Part shown: piece by piece, positions 61,861-64,000 of the stretch | Position numbering within the stretch: position 1 is the first letter of the stretch | Layout: each line of letters opens with the position of its first letter | Source of the DNA: Lama glama | Taxonomy: Eukaryota | Direction: 5' to 3' | Assembly (NCBI GenBank): GCA_028534125.1 | Contig: CM052851.1 | Location: 2,542,001 to 2,606,000, forward strand | DNA length: 64,000 bases | Position numbers and translations under genes: made by a program | The notes under the pieces: model-generated | Database searches by the model: none | Told to the model about the DNA's origin: nothing | The model's input: only the letters and a program-made list of their open reading frames with translations

Positions 61861-63004
61861 TAGGGAGTTCCCACTTTACCTCGGGTCCTGCTCCCTGGCA
61901 GAGTGGAGGGGACGCTGGGGGTCAGGAGGGAAGTGTTACAGCCCTGTTTTCTGCAGCATCCTTTGGAGCTGGGACATTACGTGCCCCAGGGCCTCACACT
62001 GATCTAGCCGGGGTGTCCCATTACCTGGGGGACCGTGTCTAGCTGGGCCTCACCATGGTGGCAGGTGGCCTAGCCATGGGCTGTGACTTCAGAAAGGTGC
62101 TTCTGTCTCCTTCTGAGCCCCTCAAGCAAGGCCACCGCTGGTCTTCCCTTCCTTCCTCCTTCGGGGCAGAGTGGGGACATGTTTCAGGTGGCCACTGTGG
62201 TCAGCCAGGGCAACCTCGACTCTGCGCCCCCCCCAGCCTCCCCAGGTGAGTGTGGCTGACCTTGAGGGCCCGGGGCCACCTGCCCCCAGGGGAGACAGAG
62301 TCCCAGGCCATCCAGGATGGCACGCGCTGAGAAGCCATGCCCTCTGCTACCAGGGGCCTTTGCGCCTCCACGGTGGGCCGCCTGCCCTGTCCTGCAGAGC
62401 CTGCTTCTGGACCAGACCGGGGCGCCTGGGGTGGGCCCCCCAGCGCCTGTGCAGAGCCGCTCGCGCTTGAGCACAGCTGCCCTGATTTCCCGACCCTCGG
62501 CTCGCCCGGGGGCCCTGACCCTAGTGCCGCTCAGAGGACCGCCCGCTCAGTCCTGCCCTCGGGAGACGGCGATGCCCGTGGGCCTGGTCTCCCCTTGGCT
62601 TCAAAACAGCCCTGGTCTGGGCCGTGTCTGGGACTCTGCAGCGCTTTGGTAACTAACAGGCCGCCTGGGTTTCACTTTGTTGGAGTTTTGCTCTACTCTG
62701 TCCGCTGCGAGATGCAAGATTCACAAGCCGGTGAGGGCAGACGTGGGAGGGAAGCCAGCGGTTCTCAGAGTCCCCGGGGAGGAGGTTCTGACTGGGGCGG
62801 CCTGGGCGGGGGCCAGGGGTTTTCCAGACGCGCTCCCTGGCCGGCCGCAGCTGCCGTGTTGTCCCCGGGGAACCTGTCAGGAGTGCCAGTGCTCGGTCTC
62901 TGCCCCGGACTGGGGGACTCCGTGTTTCTAGGAACCTTGCGGGGATCCGGGTGCAGCTGGAGTCTGAGAACCTGGCTTTACAAAGTCAAGGGCCGCCTAG
63001 GAAG

Positions 63005-63190
63005 GTGTCGCTGCTCACAGTGCAGTCCACATTCCACAGCATCGGCATGGTGCCTGAGAACCTGCTAGAAATGCAGAGGCCCAGACCCCCCAGGCCCCAC
63101 TGAAGGAGGGCCCGCTGTTGACAGAGTCCCAGTGTCTGCACGTGGTGAAGCTGGAGGGGGCGCTGCGTTCAGAGTGTTTGAGCATCTTCT
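63005..63190. mobile_element. MER5A-like hAT MITE remnant
   Basis: CAGCATCGGCAT…CTGCTAGAAATGCAGA…AGGCCCCAC…AGTGTTTGAG. Confidence 0.5.
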
Positions 63191-63665
63191 CTGGAATGGG
63201 AGGGGGGCACTGTGAGCCCAGGGAGGCCCGCCACCTGCGCAGCCTCCGTTTCCTGCTGACTCTGCTCACCCTTCTCAGAGCCCCGCTCGCCCCACCCCGA
63301 CCCGTCCAGGTGAGACCCCTCGTGTGCTCCCGGGGCGCCTCACAGCCCACCTGACTGCCCCCACGAGCTCACCCGGGGACAGAAGGACACCCCAAGTTGG
63401 CCAGGTCAGCACGTACGCCAGTGCAGGCGGGGAGTCTGGTTTTTCAAGGCCCGGTAACCTGAAGCCGCTTTGTAATGTGGAAATGACATCTAGTTTCCAA
63501 GCAGAGGAGCACATGCAAAGGCTGTCCTAGCGCAGGCCCGCCTCCAGCATCCTCCCGGCACCCCCAGGAAGCCTCCCTGGTAGAGGAGCCCCCGGCACAC
63601 CCTCCCACTTACGAGTTTATTGCTGGACCTTTTGGGAAGTGGTTCGGGCCCTGTGTTCCCTGCCT

Positions 63666-63684
63666 TGGCCACTAGATGGCAGCC
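63666..63684 (+). promoter_or_regulatory. Candidate CTCF site
   Basis: TGGCCACTAGATGGCAGCC fits the core consensus CC(A/G)(C/G)(C/T)AG(A/G)(G/T)GGC(A/G)(C/G) at every position. Confidence 0.7.
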
Positions 63685-64000
63685 ACAGGGCGCAGAAGCC
63701 ACTGAGAGGGGTGCCTGGTCCCGCCGCCAGTGGGAGCCCTGGGGAGAAGGCCCTCCAGGGAATCGGCACCCATCCCTCCATCCGTCTGCCAGGAAGCCTA
63801 GCAGCAGCCGGTCTTCAAGGCTGATGTGCCAGGTGGAGCCTGCTTGACCCTGTCGACCGAGTCGAGGGCCTGCAGTCACCTCGTGGCCTCTGCAGGGCCA
63901 GGCTGGGGCTGGGGACCCACCAGGAGGGCTCACAGTGTGTCCTGGAGGCTAGCGGGAGGATGGACGGTCCCAGCTCAGTGGAGAGAGACAGAGGGCCGCG

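Noticed and set aside
39626-64000. Next SHANK2 exon (ETRADRSKKLF…) or PDZ exons
   Set aside because: Not found in the ORF track or by eye; presumably downstream. A small exon hidden in a gap cannot be excluded.

Overview
This is GC-rich (~60% by eye) mammalian genomic DNA, most likely from a camelid, judged by tRNA-Ala-derived Vic-1-type SINEs and a cetartiodactyl-type L1 3' end. The whole window lies inside the SHANK2 (ProSAP1) gene on the + strand. Four coding exons splice cleanly in phase: the alternative first exon of the SH3-containing ProSAP1A/Shank2A isoform (MKSLLNAFTKKE, 20895-20931), then 25375-25690, 33213-33382 and 39512-39625, the last two encoding the SH3 domain. No ankyrin-repeat or PDZ exons were recognised. 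The rest is intron: MaLR/ERVL LTRs, three related ERV1-type solo LTRs, L1 and MIR fragments, a ~30-bp VNTR, microsatellites and three assembly gaps. Nearly all ORFs in the supplied track are chance GC-rich frames. I see no new gene or prokaryote-type system. The best leads are regulatory hypotheses: (1) a chain of strong-context uORFs joined by overlapping stop/start codons (TAATG, then ATGA) running into the ProSAP1A start, with a TATA-like box on the junction; (2) a ~22-copy VNTR built from REST/RE1-like half-sites 2.3 kb downstream of that exon; (3) strong CTCF motifs; (4) signs of GC-biased and possibly concerted evolution of old repeats. Protein and repeat-consensus comparisons are from memory, not database searches, and repeat boundaries are approximate.
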